The notes under the pieces: model-generated
Told to the model about the DNA's origin: nothing
What the model saw: only the letters and a program-made list of their open reading frames with translations
Database searches by the model: none
Translations under genes and position numbers: made by a program
Part shown: piece by piece, positions 11,602 to 22,888 of the stretch
How the letters are laid out: each line of letters starts with the position of its first letter
How positions within the stretch are numbered: the first letter of the stretch is position 1
NCBI GenBank assembly: GCA_951406725.2
Contig: OX597832.1
Span: 1,054,001 to 1,118,000, forward strand
Direction of reading: 5' to 3'
Origin: Octopus vulgaris
Taxonomy: Eukaryota
DNA: 64,000 nt

Positions 11602-11791
11602 GCGTCACGTAGAGCAAACTGAAGCCGTCGGTCGACTAGATGTCGAGTCGTCGGAAGTGAGAGTTCGGTAGTTGAGTAGAAGTACATTATTGGCGAAGGC
11701 ACGCCATCCGAATGTGCGATATGACAGTGACGACGAGGTTTCGAATAGTACCGAAATGGAAGAGTTATTGAAAGCAGTTGTCAACAGCAGT
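11602..11791 (+). mobile_element. Right part of the split Mag/Gypsy LTR, PBS and gag start
   Basis: LTR end ...ATGACA at 11726, then TGACGACGAGG (one mismatch to the Mag-type PBS TGGCGACGAGG), then ATG at 11756 reading MEELLKAVVN. Confidence 0.6.
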
Positions 11792-11985
11792 GGAGCGCAA
11801 TGGCCCAATGGTTAGGGCAGCGGACTCGCGGTCGGAGGATCGCAGTTTTGATTCGCAGACCAGGCGTTATGTGTGTTTATTGGGCGAAAGCACCTAAAGC
11901 TCCACGAGACTCCAGCAGGGGTGGTAGCGACCCCTGTTGTACTCTTTCGCTCCAACTTTCTCTCACTCTTTCTTCCTGTTTCTTG
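11792..11985 (+). mobile_element. tRNA-derived SINE (5' part)
   Basis: tRNA-like head GGAGCGCAATGGCCCAATGGTTAGGGCAGCGGACTCGCGG with an A box and a degenerate B box (GTTTTGATTCGC). Confidence 0.7.
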
Positions 11986-12024
11986 TCCCCGACTTCCTAC
12001 GCAACCACTGAGTCTGGATGCGCA

Positions 12025-12356
12025 TTTATCCATCTGTCGTTGAAAGAAAACGCGGTGCCGGTGTTCAAACCGAAAAGGAATGTACCTTTTGCGGCGTTAA
12101 ATCAAGTTGAGAAGGAATTAAAAAGATTGGAAAACATGGAGGTAATTGCAAAAGCAGATTACTCTGAGTGGGCGGCTCCTACTGTATATATAAAAAGAAC
12201 AACAAAATAAGAGTATGTGCGGACTTCTCAACTGATCTTAATGATTGTTTAAAAAATTACAATTATCCGCTTCCAAACCCAGAAGAAATATTTGCTAAGT
12301 GCAATGGTGGGAAAATTTTTTCCAAGCTGGATTTGTCAGAGGCCTACCTCCAAATT
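12025..12356 (+). mobile_element. Gypsy (Mag / K02A2.6-like) RT N-terminal fragment
   Basis: LKENAVPVFKPKRNVPFAAL...SEWAAPTVYIK, a frameshift, then KIRVCADFSTDLN...YPLPNPEEIFAK...FSKLDLSEAYLQI. Confidence 0.85.
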
Positions 12357-12894
12357 TGCTGGTTCCCCAGAACTTCGTAGAAGTTGTGTGGGTTTTTTAC
12401 TACCCAGTTCTTCGTTGTTAAATAATTTTGCGAATTCTTTTTGCTTAGAACTTGACGTACGCTTCAATATTTCTTCTTTAATGGATGAATACGAAACTGG
12501 TTCCATAGGGTTCAGCAGCAAACCCCTGATTTCATTGCTTAGAGGTGGAGGCAAATTACTAAGCATGATGTTGTACTTCTGTTCTTCATTTGTTATTCTG
12601 TTAGCTTTGAAGCTTGCCTCTAGTTGTGCCAACCAAATTACAGTGTCTCCAGTCCACGGAGGACAATTCAATACATTGACAGAAGCTTGTGTGTAACTTC
12701 TGTCGAAGTATGATGTCTCGAATTCTTTTTTTTCCTGCTCCATTATATTTGTGAATATATATATTTTTTTGTTTTTTCGTTTTTCTTAAAAGGTTTCTTC
12801 TTCAGCGTTCTCTTGTGTCAATAATTCCGTAACTTATTACTGTCTGCGTAGTATATACGAATGGCTGCGTATTTGAAAACGTTCGGGTCACCAG
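12357..12894 (-). mobile_element. Gypsy (CsRn1-like) gag N-terminus with tRNA-Trp-like PBS
   Basis: ORF starting at 12743: PPWTGDTVIWLAQLEASF...LGSKKPTQLLR. PBS TGGTGACCCGAACG (minus strand, 12893-12880) lies 1 nt after an LTR end ...CTTACA. Confidence 0.8.
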
Positions 12895-13821
12895 TGTAAG
12901 AAATACGAACGCACGTGGTCGCATTGGGTAGGGAATACGATCGCACGTGGTCATATTCTTAACGAATTATTACAAGCCATAAATACATGCAGTAACAACA
13001 GAACATAAGTGAATTGACGACAGCGTGGCAGTTTCAGCCATTTTGAAATATGACTATAGCGATTTCTAATATCTTCACTATTTGAAAGGCAAGACAGAAA
13101 TTATCTCGTTTGAGGTTACAGCCATCTTTGGCCAACTTGTTCCTGTTGTAAACACTAACCTGATTGGTTGACACGTGACGCGATTTGTCTCCACTTATTT
13201 TCGCACCACTGTCCCGAAACAACCAATCACGGCCTTTGGTTAAGATTCCATTTCTGAAGCTCGTTTGAGCCACCCAACCGGTATATAAAGGAGTGTTTTC
13301 AGACACTTTTTGTCTTTGGTTCCAGTCCTTGTAAGGACTAACTTCAGACCACAGAGCTACTCAACCCGGCGACAGACGATTGCTCCTGCTACAACTAGCG
13401 ACGATGCTAATGTACACTCACCACAGAAAGCCTACTACCTTCGCCGTCGCCACCATCATGTACCAACTTCGAGTCGCCTCTAACATCTTCGCCATACAAA
13501 CTGTAAACCAATTTCCATTATTAATTCTATGCTTTGTACCTTTCTATGCCACATGCATTCACCCTGATTGTATCTGTCACACACACGAACACACAGACAC
13601 AAAAACGTGTTGCATACGCACATACGTGCTAACACTTACAAACTTCTAACATCAGCACGATTGTAAATAAAATGATATTTATCTCTCAACCGAAGGCTTG
13701 TCGTCAATTCACTAATGTTCTTTTGGTATTGCATTGTATTTATGGCTTATAATAATTCGTTAAGACCACGTGCGATCGTATTCCCTACACAATGCGACCA
13801 CGTGCGTTCATATTTCTTACA
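12895..13821. mobile_element. LTR region with ~125-bp inverted ends (TGTAAG...CTTACA)
   Basis: 12895-13022 is the reverse complement of 13699-13821 with a few mismatches and indels. On the + strand there are a CCAAT (~13223), a TATA-like TATATAAAG (~13282) and an AATAAA (~13666). Confidence 0.75.
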
Positions 13822-15085
13822 GTCACAAATGAGTATATAGTAAATCGGAAAATAAGAATTTTTTATTTCAAAATTTCCAAAACATTTTGTGCTGTTTTGC
13901 AACATTTTTCAATTTCGTTTTCTGAGAAAGCTTGAGATTACCGTTAAATGTTTGGTAAAAACACTCTTCACCTCTAATAGTTAATGTATATTAACCCATT
14001 ACTTCTAAATCAAACAAATGTGTGTCAAAGAAATGTAAAGTCCTGAATGAGTAAACGGTATATGAGCAGAGAATATTTCAATTCAAAATTTTCAAACAAT
14101 TTCATGCTGATTTGCAACATTTTGTGACTTCATGTTTTCTGTTAATGTATATTAAACCTTAACTTCTGAATCCGAGAAGTGTGTATCATAAAGAATAATG
14201 TGATAAATGCTTGCAACATTTTGCAACTTCGTTTTCAGAGTTCCGTGAAATATAATCTTCACATCAGTTCTCGATCCCACAAGTGCTTCTTAAAAAAAGT
14301 GTGTATGTATGATGAGTGTTTGTCAGAAAAATTAAAATTCATGTGTAAGTAGTAAATGTGGAAACAAGAATTTTTTATTTCAGTATTTTTGAAACAATTT
14401 CATGCTAATTTCAAACATTTTGTGACTTTATATTTTCTGAGAAAGCTTGAGATTTCATTGAAATGTTTGGTAAATCTTCATCTCCAACAGTTAATGTATG
14501 TTAACCCATTACCTCTGAATGAAACGAGTGTGTGTCAAAGAAATATAACGTCACGAATGAGTAAATAGTGTATGGGAAAAGAATAAATTTTCATTTCAAA
14601 ATCTTCAAACAATTTCATTCTGATTTCCAACATTTTGTGACTTCATATTTTCTGAAAAAGCTTGAATTTCAGTGAGTATATAGTAAATCGGAAAGGAAAC
14701 ATTTTTCGTTTCAAAATTTCCAAACAATTTCATGCTTGTTTGCAACATTTTGCAACTTCATGTTTTCCGAGAAAGCTTGAGACGTTAGGTAAATATAATC
14801 TTCACAAAAAGCAGTTAATGTTTATTCACTCAATACTTTTCAATCGAAAACTGAGTGTCAGAAAAATGAAAGGCAGAAGAATTTTTCATTTCAAATTCTA
14901 TCAAAGAATTTCATTCTGCTTTCCAATCTTGTGATTTCATATTTTCTGAAGAGGCTTGAAATTCAGTGACATGTTTGGAAAATATATTCTTCACCTCTAT
15001 CTGTCAATGTACTTTAAACATTTACTTCTGAATCTGCGAAGTTTGTATCATAAAAAATATTGTAATGTAATTGTTTTCGCACTTA
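13822..15085. repeat. Same ~215-bp satellite, resumed after the retroelement nest
   Basis: GTCACAAATGAGTATATAGTAAATCGG and AAATGTTTGGTAAA monomers. Confidence 0.9.
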
Positions 15086-15287
15086 TGAGGGTTAGTGTTA
15101 GGGTTGGGTTAGTGGTAGGGGTATAGTGAGGGGTAGGGCTAGGGCTAGGTTTAGAGTTAGGGTTAGGAGCAGGGTTAGATTTATATATTTGTTTTCGCAT
15201 TTTAAAGTGTTAGGCTACTGATAGGGTTAGGTTTAGGGTTATGGTTAGGGCTAGAGTTAGGTTTAGGGTTAGTGTTAAGTTTAGGTT

Positions 15288-15447
15288 AACAACAATAACA
15301 ACAACATCAAAAAATACCTTAGGAATGAGAACCCAGGTTCGAAATTTCCCCAAGACACCTGATGAAGGCTGGAGGGTATATCAGCCGAAACGTTGTGTTA
15401 ACTATCAAGACGAGGACAAATCAATTGTAAATAATGTAAATAATGTA
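15288..15447 (+). mobile_element. Penelope-like element terminal (pLTR) fragment
   Basis: Non-satellite, non-telomeric insert carrying a minimal hammerhead motif, which is a hallmark of Penelope-like pLTRs. Confidence 0.55.
15354..15399 (+). ncRNA. Minimal type I hammerhead ribozyme motif
   Basis: GACAC-CTGATGA-A-GGCTG-(GAGGGTATAT)-CAGCC-GAAA-CG-TT-GTGTT. Stem I is GACAC/GTGTT, the CUGAUGA and GAAA core is intact, stem II is GGCTG/CAGCC, and stem III is the palindrome AACGTT. Confidence 0.75.
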
Positions 15448-18061
15448 TTTCAGTGAAATGTTTGGTAAATATAACCTTCACATCTGTCTGTTAATGTATA
15501 TTAAACCTTTATTTCTGAAACCGACAAGTGTATATCATAAAAAATAAAGTCATAAGAGAATAATATATTTGTTTTCACATTTAAGAGAAAGTCGCGTGAG
15601 CATTTCGTAACCCGAAGAGCAGGAAGGGTGAGGGTTAGGGATTAGTGTAAGGGATAAGATTAGGGTTAATGTACAGTTTCGGGTTAGGTTTAGGGTTAGG
15701 GTTAGTGTCAGGGTTAGCGTTATATTCAGGGTTAGTGTCAGTATTAGGGTTAGGGTTAGCGTTTAAGGTTTAAGGTGAGGGTTAGGTTAGGTTTAGGTTT
15801 AGGGTAAGGGTTAGGGTTTGGGCTAGGGTTTAGAGTTGAGTTCGAGTTACGGTTAAGTTTAGGGTTAGGGTTAAAGTTAGTATTATGGTTAGGGTTAGTG
15901 TGAGGGTTAGAGATAGTTTTATGTTTTAGGGTTTAGTGTTAAATTTAGGGTTAGGGTTAGAGTGAGGGTTATGTGAGGAATAGTGTTAGAGTTAGGGTTA
16001 TGGTTGGGGTTGGTATTATGGTTAAGGTTAGGTTTAGGGTGTGATCTAGGGTTAAGGCTAGGTTTAGAGTTAGGGTTAGTGTTAGTGTTACGGTTAGCAT
16101 TAGCATAATGGTTTAGGGTGTACGGTTGGGTTAGGGTTTGGGATAGGGTGATGGTAAGAGTTAGTGTTAGGCTTAGGGTTAGGGTTCGGGTTAATGTTAT
16201 GGTTAAGGTTAGAATTAGGGCGAGGGTTAGGTTTAAGTTTAGGGTTATGGATAGGTTTAGTGTTGGTGTTAGGATTAGGGTTAAGGAGAGGGTCAGAGCT
16301 AGGGTTAGGGTTATGGTTAGAATTAGGGTTAGGGTTAAGATTAGGGTTAGGGTTAAGGTTAGCATTAGTGTTAGGGTTATGGTTTGGGGTAGTGTACGGA
16401 TTAGGTTTATTGTTAGATTTAGGATTAGGGTTAGGTTTCGGTTTTTGGTTAGGGTTAGGATTAGCGTAATAGTTTAGGGTGAATGCTTGTGCAAGGGTTT
16501 GGGATAGGGTTAGGTTTAGATTTAGTTTTAGGGTTACTGTTAGTGTTAAGTTTACGGTTAGGGTTAGGTTTAGTTTTAGTATGAAGGTTAAGGGTTAGTG
16601 TTACGGTTAGGTATAAGCTTAGATTTAGGGTGAGGGTTAAGGTTATTGTTAGGGTTAGGGTTACGTTCTGTGTTATGTTTAGGGTTAGGTTTAAGGTCAG
16701 CGTTAGTATTAGGGTTAGGTTTAGGGTTAGGGATAGGGTTGGGGTTAGTGTTAGGGTTAGTGTAAGTGTTGGGGTTAGGGTTAGGGTAAGGGTTATGGTT
16801 AGTGTTAGGGTTAGAGTTAGTGTTAGGTTTAAGGTCAAGGTTAGGTTTAAGGTTACGGTTAGTGTTAGGGTGAGGTTTAGGGTTAGGGATATGTTTAGGG
16901 TGAAGGACGGGTTATGGTTAGGTTTAGGTTTAGTGTTAGGGTTGGGGATAGGTTAGGTTTAGGGCCAGGCTTAGGGTTAGGGTTTGGGGTAGTGTTAGAG
17001 TTAGGGTTAGGATTATTGTTACGTTGATGGTTAGAGTTAGGGTTAGTTTTAAGGTTAGGGTTAGTGTTAATGTTAGTTTTAGGGTTAGAGTTAATGATAA
17101 GTTTAAGGTTAAATGGAAGGTAATGGTAATGGTTAGGTTTAGTGTTAGGGTTCTATGGTTAGGTTTAGTGTTAGGGTTCTATCTAGGGTTAGGGCTAGGA
17201 TTAGGGTTAGATTTAGGTTTAGTTTTAGGGTTAGCATTAGGTTTAGGGTTAGGGTTTGAGTTAGCTTTAAGGTTAGGTTTAGATTTAGTGTTAGGGTTAA
17301 GGTTAAGGTTATGGTTAGGCGTAGGTCTAGTGTTAGGTTCAGGGTTAGGTTTAGTGTTAGTCTCAGTGTTTAGGTTTAATGTGACGGTTAGGTTTAAGCT
17401 TAGGATTAGGGTGAAGGTTAGGGATAGGTTTGGTATAAGTGTTAGGGTTAATGTAAGTTTTAGTGTAACCCTAAAACTTTAGGGTTAGGGTTAGGTTTAG
17501 GCTTAGGGTAAGGATTAGGGTCAGAGTTAGGGTTAGGGTAAAAGTTAGGACTAGTGTTAGGGTTAGGGTTATGTTTATTGTTAGGTTTGGGTTAAGTTTA
17601 GGGTTAGGGTAGAGTTAGTGTAAGAGTAAGGGTTAGGGTTAGGTTTAGTTTTAGGGTTTCGGTTAGGGTTAGGAGTAGGTGTAGGGTGAAGTTTAAGGTT
17701 ATGTTTAGTGTTAGTGTTTGGGTTAGGGTTAATGTAAGGGTGAGGTTTAGGGTTAGGGTTAGGGATATGGTTATGTTTAGTGTTAGTGTTTGGGTTAGGG
17801 TTAATGTTAGGGTTTGTGTTAAGGTTAGGTTTAGGGTTAGGGTTATGGTTAGGATTAGGGTTTGGATTAAGGTTACATTTAGGGTTAGGGTTAGGGCTAG
17901 GTTGAGTGCAAGGTTTAGGGTTAGGGTTTGGATGAGTTTGAGGGTTAGGTTTAGGCTCTAGGGTTGGGGATAGTGTTAGGGTTAGTGTTAGGGTTAGGGT
18001 TTGGTTTAGGGTTAGGTTTAGGCTTGGGTTCGATTTAGGTTTAGGTTGAGGGTTAGGGTTA

Positions 18062-18603
18062 TTAAATGTAAAAACAAATATTTCTCATTTGAAAATTTTC
18101 AAATGATTAGTTAATGTATATTAGCCAATTACCTGTCAATCGGAGAGTGATTGTCAGAGAAATTAAAAGTCATAAATGTGTAAATATAAATGCAAAATCA
18201 AGAATTTTTCATTTCAAAATTTCCAAACAATTTCATGCTAATTTCCAACATTTTGCAACTTCATGTTTTCTGAGGAAACTTTAGAGTTCAGTGAAATATT
18301 TGGTAAATACAATCTTCATCTCTAACAGTTAATGTATATTAACCCATTACTTCTGACTGAAACAAGTGTATGTCAAAGAAATATAACGTCACAAATGAGT
18401 AAACAGTATATGGGAAAAGAATAATTTTTCATTTCAAAATCATCAAACAATTTCATTCTGTTTTCCAAGATTTTGTGACTTCAGTGAGATGTTTGGTAAA
18501 TATATTCTTCGTGTATGTTAAACCTTTACTTCTGAATCCGCCAAGTGTGTATCATAAAAAAACAATATCATAAATGTGTAATATATTTGTTTTCTCATTT
18601 AAG
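18062..18603. repeat. Satellite island inside the telomere-like array
   Basis: About 2.5 monomers of the same ~215-bp satellite. Confidence 0.9.
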
Positions 18604-21600
18604 AGGGTTATGGTTAAGTTTAGTGTTAGGGATGGGGTTAGGGTTAAGGTTTGGGTTGGGTTAGGGTTACATTTAGGCTTAGTGTTAGCGTTAGGGTTAG
18701 GGTGAGGGTTAGGGTTAGGGTAATGGTTAGGTTTCGGGGTAGGCTTATAGTTAGGGTTAGGGTTCAGGTAAGGGTTAGGTTTAGGGCTAGCGTTAAGTTT
18801 AGGGTTTGGATTTAGGGCTAGTGTAAGTGTCAGGTTTATTGTTAGAGTTAGGGTTACAGTTAGGGTTAGGTTTAGGTTTAGGGTTAGGATTAGGGTAAGT
18901 GTTAGGTTTAAGGTGAGGGTTAGGGACAGAGTTAGGGTTAGTGTTAGTGTGAGGGTTACGGTCAGGGTAATGGTTAAGGTTAGATTTAGTGTTAGTGTTA
19001 GGGTTAGGGTCTGCTTTAGGTTTAGGTTTAGGGTTTGGGTTAGGGTTTGGTTTAGTGTTAGGGTTAGTATTAGGGTTAGTGTTAGGGTTAAGGTTAGGAT
19101 TAGGGTTAGGTTTAGGGCTAGCATAAAGTGTAGGGTTAGGTTTAGGGTTAGTGTGTTAGGTTTAGGGTTAGTGTTATGGTTAGGGTTAGAATTAGGGTTG
19201 GGCGTAGGGTTAGGTTTAGGGTTAGGTTTGGAGTTAGGTTTAGGGTTTGGTTTCGGGTTAGGTTAAGGGCTAGAGTTCAGGATAGGGTTAGGGTTATGGT
19301 TTCAGTTAGGGTTAGGATTAGGGTAAGACTTATGGTTAGTATTAGTGTTAGCGTAGGTTTAGGGCTAAGATTAGGTTTAGGTTTAGGGCTAGTATTAGGG
19401 TTAGGGCTAGGTTTAGGGTTAGGCTTAGAGTCAGGGTTAGGTTGAAGATTAAGGTTACTGTTAGGCTTAGGTTTAGGATTAGTGCAAACTTTAGGTTTAG
19501 GGTACGGTTAGGATTAGGGTTAGTGTTTGGGTTAGGTTTAGGATTAGAGTTAAATTTAGGGTTAGTTTTGTGGTTAGGGTGAGGGTTAAGTTTAGGGTTA
19601 GAGTTCAGTTTAGGCTTAGGGATAGGGTTAGGATTAAGGTTAGGGTAAGGCTGAGTGTTAGGGTTATGGTTAGGGTTAGTGTTAGGATTAGTTTAGGTTT
19701 AGGTTTATTAGTTAGGTTTATGGTTAAGGTTAGAGTTAGGTTTAGGGTTAGGGATAGGAATATGGTTTGGTTTAGGGTTAGGGTTAGGTTGAAGTTTAAG
19801 GTTAGTGTTAGGTTTAGGATTAGTGCAAACTTTGTTTAGGGTTAAGTTTAGGATTAGGGATAGTGTTAGGGTTAGGTTTAGGTTTCGAGTTAGGGTTAGA
19901 CTTATTTTTAGGTTGAAGGTGAGGTTTAGGGTCAGGATTTTGGTTAAAGTTATGGTCATGTTTTAGGGTTAGGGTTTGTGTTGCATTTAGCGTTAGGATT
20001 AGTTTTAGAGTTGGGGTTATGGTTATGATTAGGATTAGAGTTAAATTTAGGGTTAGTTTTGTGGTTAGCATTAGGTTTAGTGCTAGGGCTAGACATAGGG
20101 TTAGTGTTTGATTTAGCGTTAAGTTTAGGGTTAGATTTAGGGTTAAGGTTAGTGTTAGTACTAAGGTTAGGGTTAGAGTTAGGATTTGGGTTAGGGTTAA
20201 GTTTAGGTTTAGCATCAGGATTAGTGTTAGGGTCATGGTTACTTTAAGTGTTACGGCTAGGGTTAGTGTTAGGGTTAGGGTTAGGTTTAGTGTTAGTATT
20301 AGGATAAGGGTTATCGTTTGGGTAAGGGTTACATTTAGGGTTAGGCATAGGGCTAGTGTTAGGGTTAGGTTTAGGTTTATGCTTAGTGTTAGTGTTAGGT
20401 ATAGGATTAGTGCAAGCGATAAGATTAGGGTTAGGTTTAGGCTTAATGCTAGGGTTAGTTTTAGGGTGAGGGTTAGCGTTGGGGTTAGGGTTAGATTTAG
20501 GGTTAGAAATAGGGTTAATATTAGGGTTGGCGTTAACATTAGGGTTAGGTTTATGGTTAAGTTGAGAGTGAGGTTTAAGGTAAGTTTTCGGGCAAGTGCG
20601 AGAGTTAGGTTTTAGGGTTAGCTTTAGTGTTAGGTTTAGTGTTAGGTTTGGGGTTAGCATTAGGTTTTTGGTTAGGTCTAGTGTTAGGATTAGGTTGAGG
20701 GTTAGGAATAGATAGTGGGGTAGGTTTACGGTTAGGTTTAGGGTTAATGTTAGGGTTAGTGTGAGGTGTAGATTTAGGTCTAGGTTTAGGTTAAGTTTAT
20801 GATTAGGGTTGGGTTTCGTGTGATTGTTAGAGTTAGGGTTAGGGTTGGGGTTAGGACTAGTGTTAGGGTGAGGGATATGGTTTATGGTAGGGTTAGGTTT
20901 AAGGTTAGGTTTAGGTATAGTGTTAGGGTTAAGGTTAGGGTTAACGTAAGGGTTGGTTTCGGGTAAGGTTTAAGGTTAAGGTGAGGTTTAATGTTAAGGT
21001 TTGAGTTCATGGTAGGGTTAGCATTAGTGTTAGGTTTCTTCGTAGGTTTAGCGTTAGAGTTAGGTTTAGGTTAGGTTTAGTGTTTGGTTTGGATTTGGGT
21101 TAGTTTTAGAGTTAGGTTAAGTGTTAGGATTAGGGTTAGGTTTAGGGTAGTTTTAAGGTTACTATTACCGTTAGGCTTAGGTTTAAGTTTAGGGTTAGGG
21201 CTAGGGCTTGTGTTAGGTTATGTTCAGGGTTAGGTTTAAGTTTAGTGTGAGTGTTAGGGTTAGGGTTAGTGTGAGGACAAGGGTTAGGGTTAGTTTTAAT
21301 GGTTAGCGTTAGGTTTAGTGTTAGAGTAAGACAGGGTTCGTGTTTGAGTTAGGGCAACGGTTAGGGTTAGTGCTAATGTTAGGGTTAGAGTTAGGGTTTG
21401 GGTTAGGGTTTGGTTTAGGAGTTAGGGCAACGGTTAGGGTTAGTGCTAATGTTAGGGTTAGTTTTAGGGTTAGGTTTAGGTTTATGGTTAGTGTTAGTGT
21501 TAGGGATAGGATTAGTGTAAGCGATGGGATTAGGGTTAGGGTTAATGTTAGCTTTACTGTTAGGGTGAGGGTTAGCATTGGGGTTTTAGTTAGGGTTACA

Positions 21601-22888
21601 TTTATGGTTAGTGATAGTGTTAGTATTAGGGCTGGAGTTAGTATTGAGGTTAGGTTTATAGTTAGATTGAGAGTGAGGTTTAAGGTAAGTTTTCAGGTAA
21701 GTGTGAGGCTTAAGTTTAGGTTTTAGGGTTAGCTTTATTCTGCTTGTTCCCTAATTCCCGCCCTTCAAACTTCACAGCTCAGCATCGTCTATACCAACTC
21801 GTGCTCCTTATTTCCAAAGTTCAGCGAATTATTTACACTGGCCATGCGTTTAGGCTAATGTTTAGTGTTATTGTTAGGATTAAGTTTAGGGTTAAGGTTA
21901 GGGTTAGGGTTATAATTAGTGTTAGGGTGAGTGTTAGCATTAGGGTTAGTGTTAATGTTTGGCTTCAGGTTACGGTTAAGGTTAGTGTTAGAGTTATGTT
22001 TAGGGTTAATTTCTGTATAAGGGTTAGGTTTAGGGCTATATTGATGGTGAGGATTAGGGTTAGGGTTCTGGTTATGGTCAGGGTTAGGTTTTACGGATAG
22101 GATTAGTGTTCGGGTTATGGTTAGTCTTAGGGTTTTGGTTAGATTTAGCGTTAGTGTTAGCATTAGGGTTAAGATTAGATTTAGGGTTAGTTTTACAGTG
22201 AGGTTTATGGTTAGTGTCAGTGTTTGGGTTAGGGTTAGGTTTAGTGTTAGGGTGAGGTTAGGTTTAATTTTAGGGTTAGTGTTAGGGTTAGGATTAGGGT
22301 TAGGATTAGGGTTAGATTTAGCATTAGTGTTAGATTTTAGGGTTAGTGTTAGTGATAGGGTGTTATGGTTAGTCTTATGTTTAGGGCAAGGGCTAGGTTT
22401 AGCGTGGGATTAGTTTTAGGGGTATGGTGAAGTTTAAGGTTAATGTGAGGTTTATTGTTAGGGTTAGTGTTAGTGTTGGGGTTCAGTTTAGGTTTAGGAT
22501 TAAGGTTAGGTTTAGGGTTTGTGTTATTGTTACGATTAGTGTTAGGTTTTGGGTTAGTTTTAGGGGTAGATTACATTTATTGTGAGGTTTAGGGTTATGG
22601 TTCAGGCTAAGGTTTAGGGTTAGATTTGTGGTTACAATTACAGTTAGGATCAGGTTTAGGTGTAGTATCAGGGTTAGGGTTAGGGTTAAGGTTAGGGCTA
22701 TGGTTAGTGTTAGGATTAGGGTTAGGCTTAGTGTTAGTGTAATTGTTAGGTTGAAGATTAGGTTTAGAGTTAGGGATAGGGTTACTGTTAGTGTTCGGAT
22801 CAGGTTTAGGGTTAGGTTTAGGTTTTAGGGTTAGGATGAATATTAGGGTTAGGGTTAGTGTTAGTGTTAGGGTTAGGGTATTATTTAG

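Noticed and set aside
11792-11865. tRNA gene
   Set aside because: The B box is degenerate and the sequence continues into a SINE body. The same applies to the heads at 22889 and 49136.
1022-14934. Short ORFs in the satellite and antisense ORFs over the retroelements
   Set aside because: Chance ORFs or shadows of purine-rich sense ORFs.
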